A stretch of DNA of 64,000 nucleotides. Origin: Pseudogymnoascus verrucosus (lineage: Eukaryota). The stretch lies in assembly GCA_001662655.1 (NCBI GenBank), contig KV460219.1, one strand, 5' to 3'. Shown here piece by piece: positions 63,497 through 64,000 of this stretch (its first letter is position 1; every line of letters begins with the position of its first letter). The notes under the pieces are model-generated. The model saw only the letters and a program-made list of their open reading frames with translations. It ran no database searches and was not told the DNA's origin. The position numbers were made by a program, and so were the translations under genes.

Positions 63497-64000
63497 TGAA
63501 GCTCCGGGATAGACATGTGTGAGTGCTTATAGAAAGAAGGGGGTTCGGCTTTATTTCTGGGAACGCAGGTTATACAGGCGGCACTTTGGGTTATTGATGT
63601 TTTAAAAAGATATCTTAAAATATTTAAACATTTTAATAAAAAGAATTGGTTATTAGCGATAGAGGTTAGCACGCATTGCTTTTATAACCAAAATTAAACG
63701 AATACAACTCAATAAGGAATTTAACCCCACTAGTACAAGGGCTGTGGCCATAGAAATGGAATTTGGGGGACAAAAAGGGATGATATTTGTTATCCAACAA
63801 TCAAATCAACCATCCAATGACCCTCGGCCCGCCAAATTTAAAATCACAAGCAATCACGTACTGTATTCATGACGGCAATGCACAAGATATCAAAACACTT
63901 AAACATTACTCGGAACCCCCCCCCAAAAATGGGGAACTCTAGTAACATCATACGACACCCTGCAGCCCTGGAGACTGGAGAGGTCCTCCTACAGCCATTG

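Overview
Filamentous-ascomycete genomic DNA (short GT-AG introns with CTAAC/CTGAC branch points; the species cannot be fixed from the sequence). About 22 protein genes. An accessory-type left half (1-34 kb) holds an FAD monooxygenase, a Clr5-ankyrin gene, a GPI protein, a C2H2 TF/sugar porter/TauD trio, a complete RIP-damaged hAT transposon with TIRs and an 8-bp TSD, a deuterolysin (M35) protease, DUF1772, an ALDH and a PTR2 transporter. A housekeeping block follows (RPN11, RPD3, RPL23, RidA), then a degenerate RNase III-domain gene, a Zn2Cys6 TF, a P450 with one nonsense codon, malic enzyme and a ZNF207/BuGZ-like gene. The best leads are (1) the M35 protease paired head-to-head with a membrane-anchored protein that looks like a free-standing copy of an M35 prodomain, a possible protease/inhibitor or chaperone module, and (2) an otherwise intact 1,235-aa Clr5-ankyrin gene whose only defect is a UAG at the position of a conserved Trp, a candidate for A-to-I stop-codon repair. 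All family calls come from motif recognition by eye; no database search was run.
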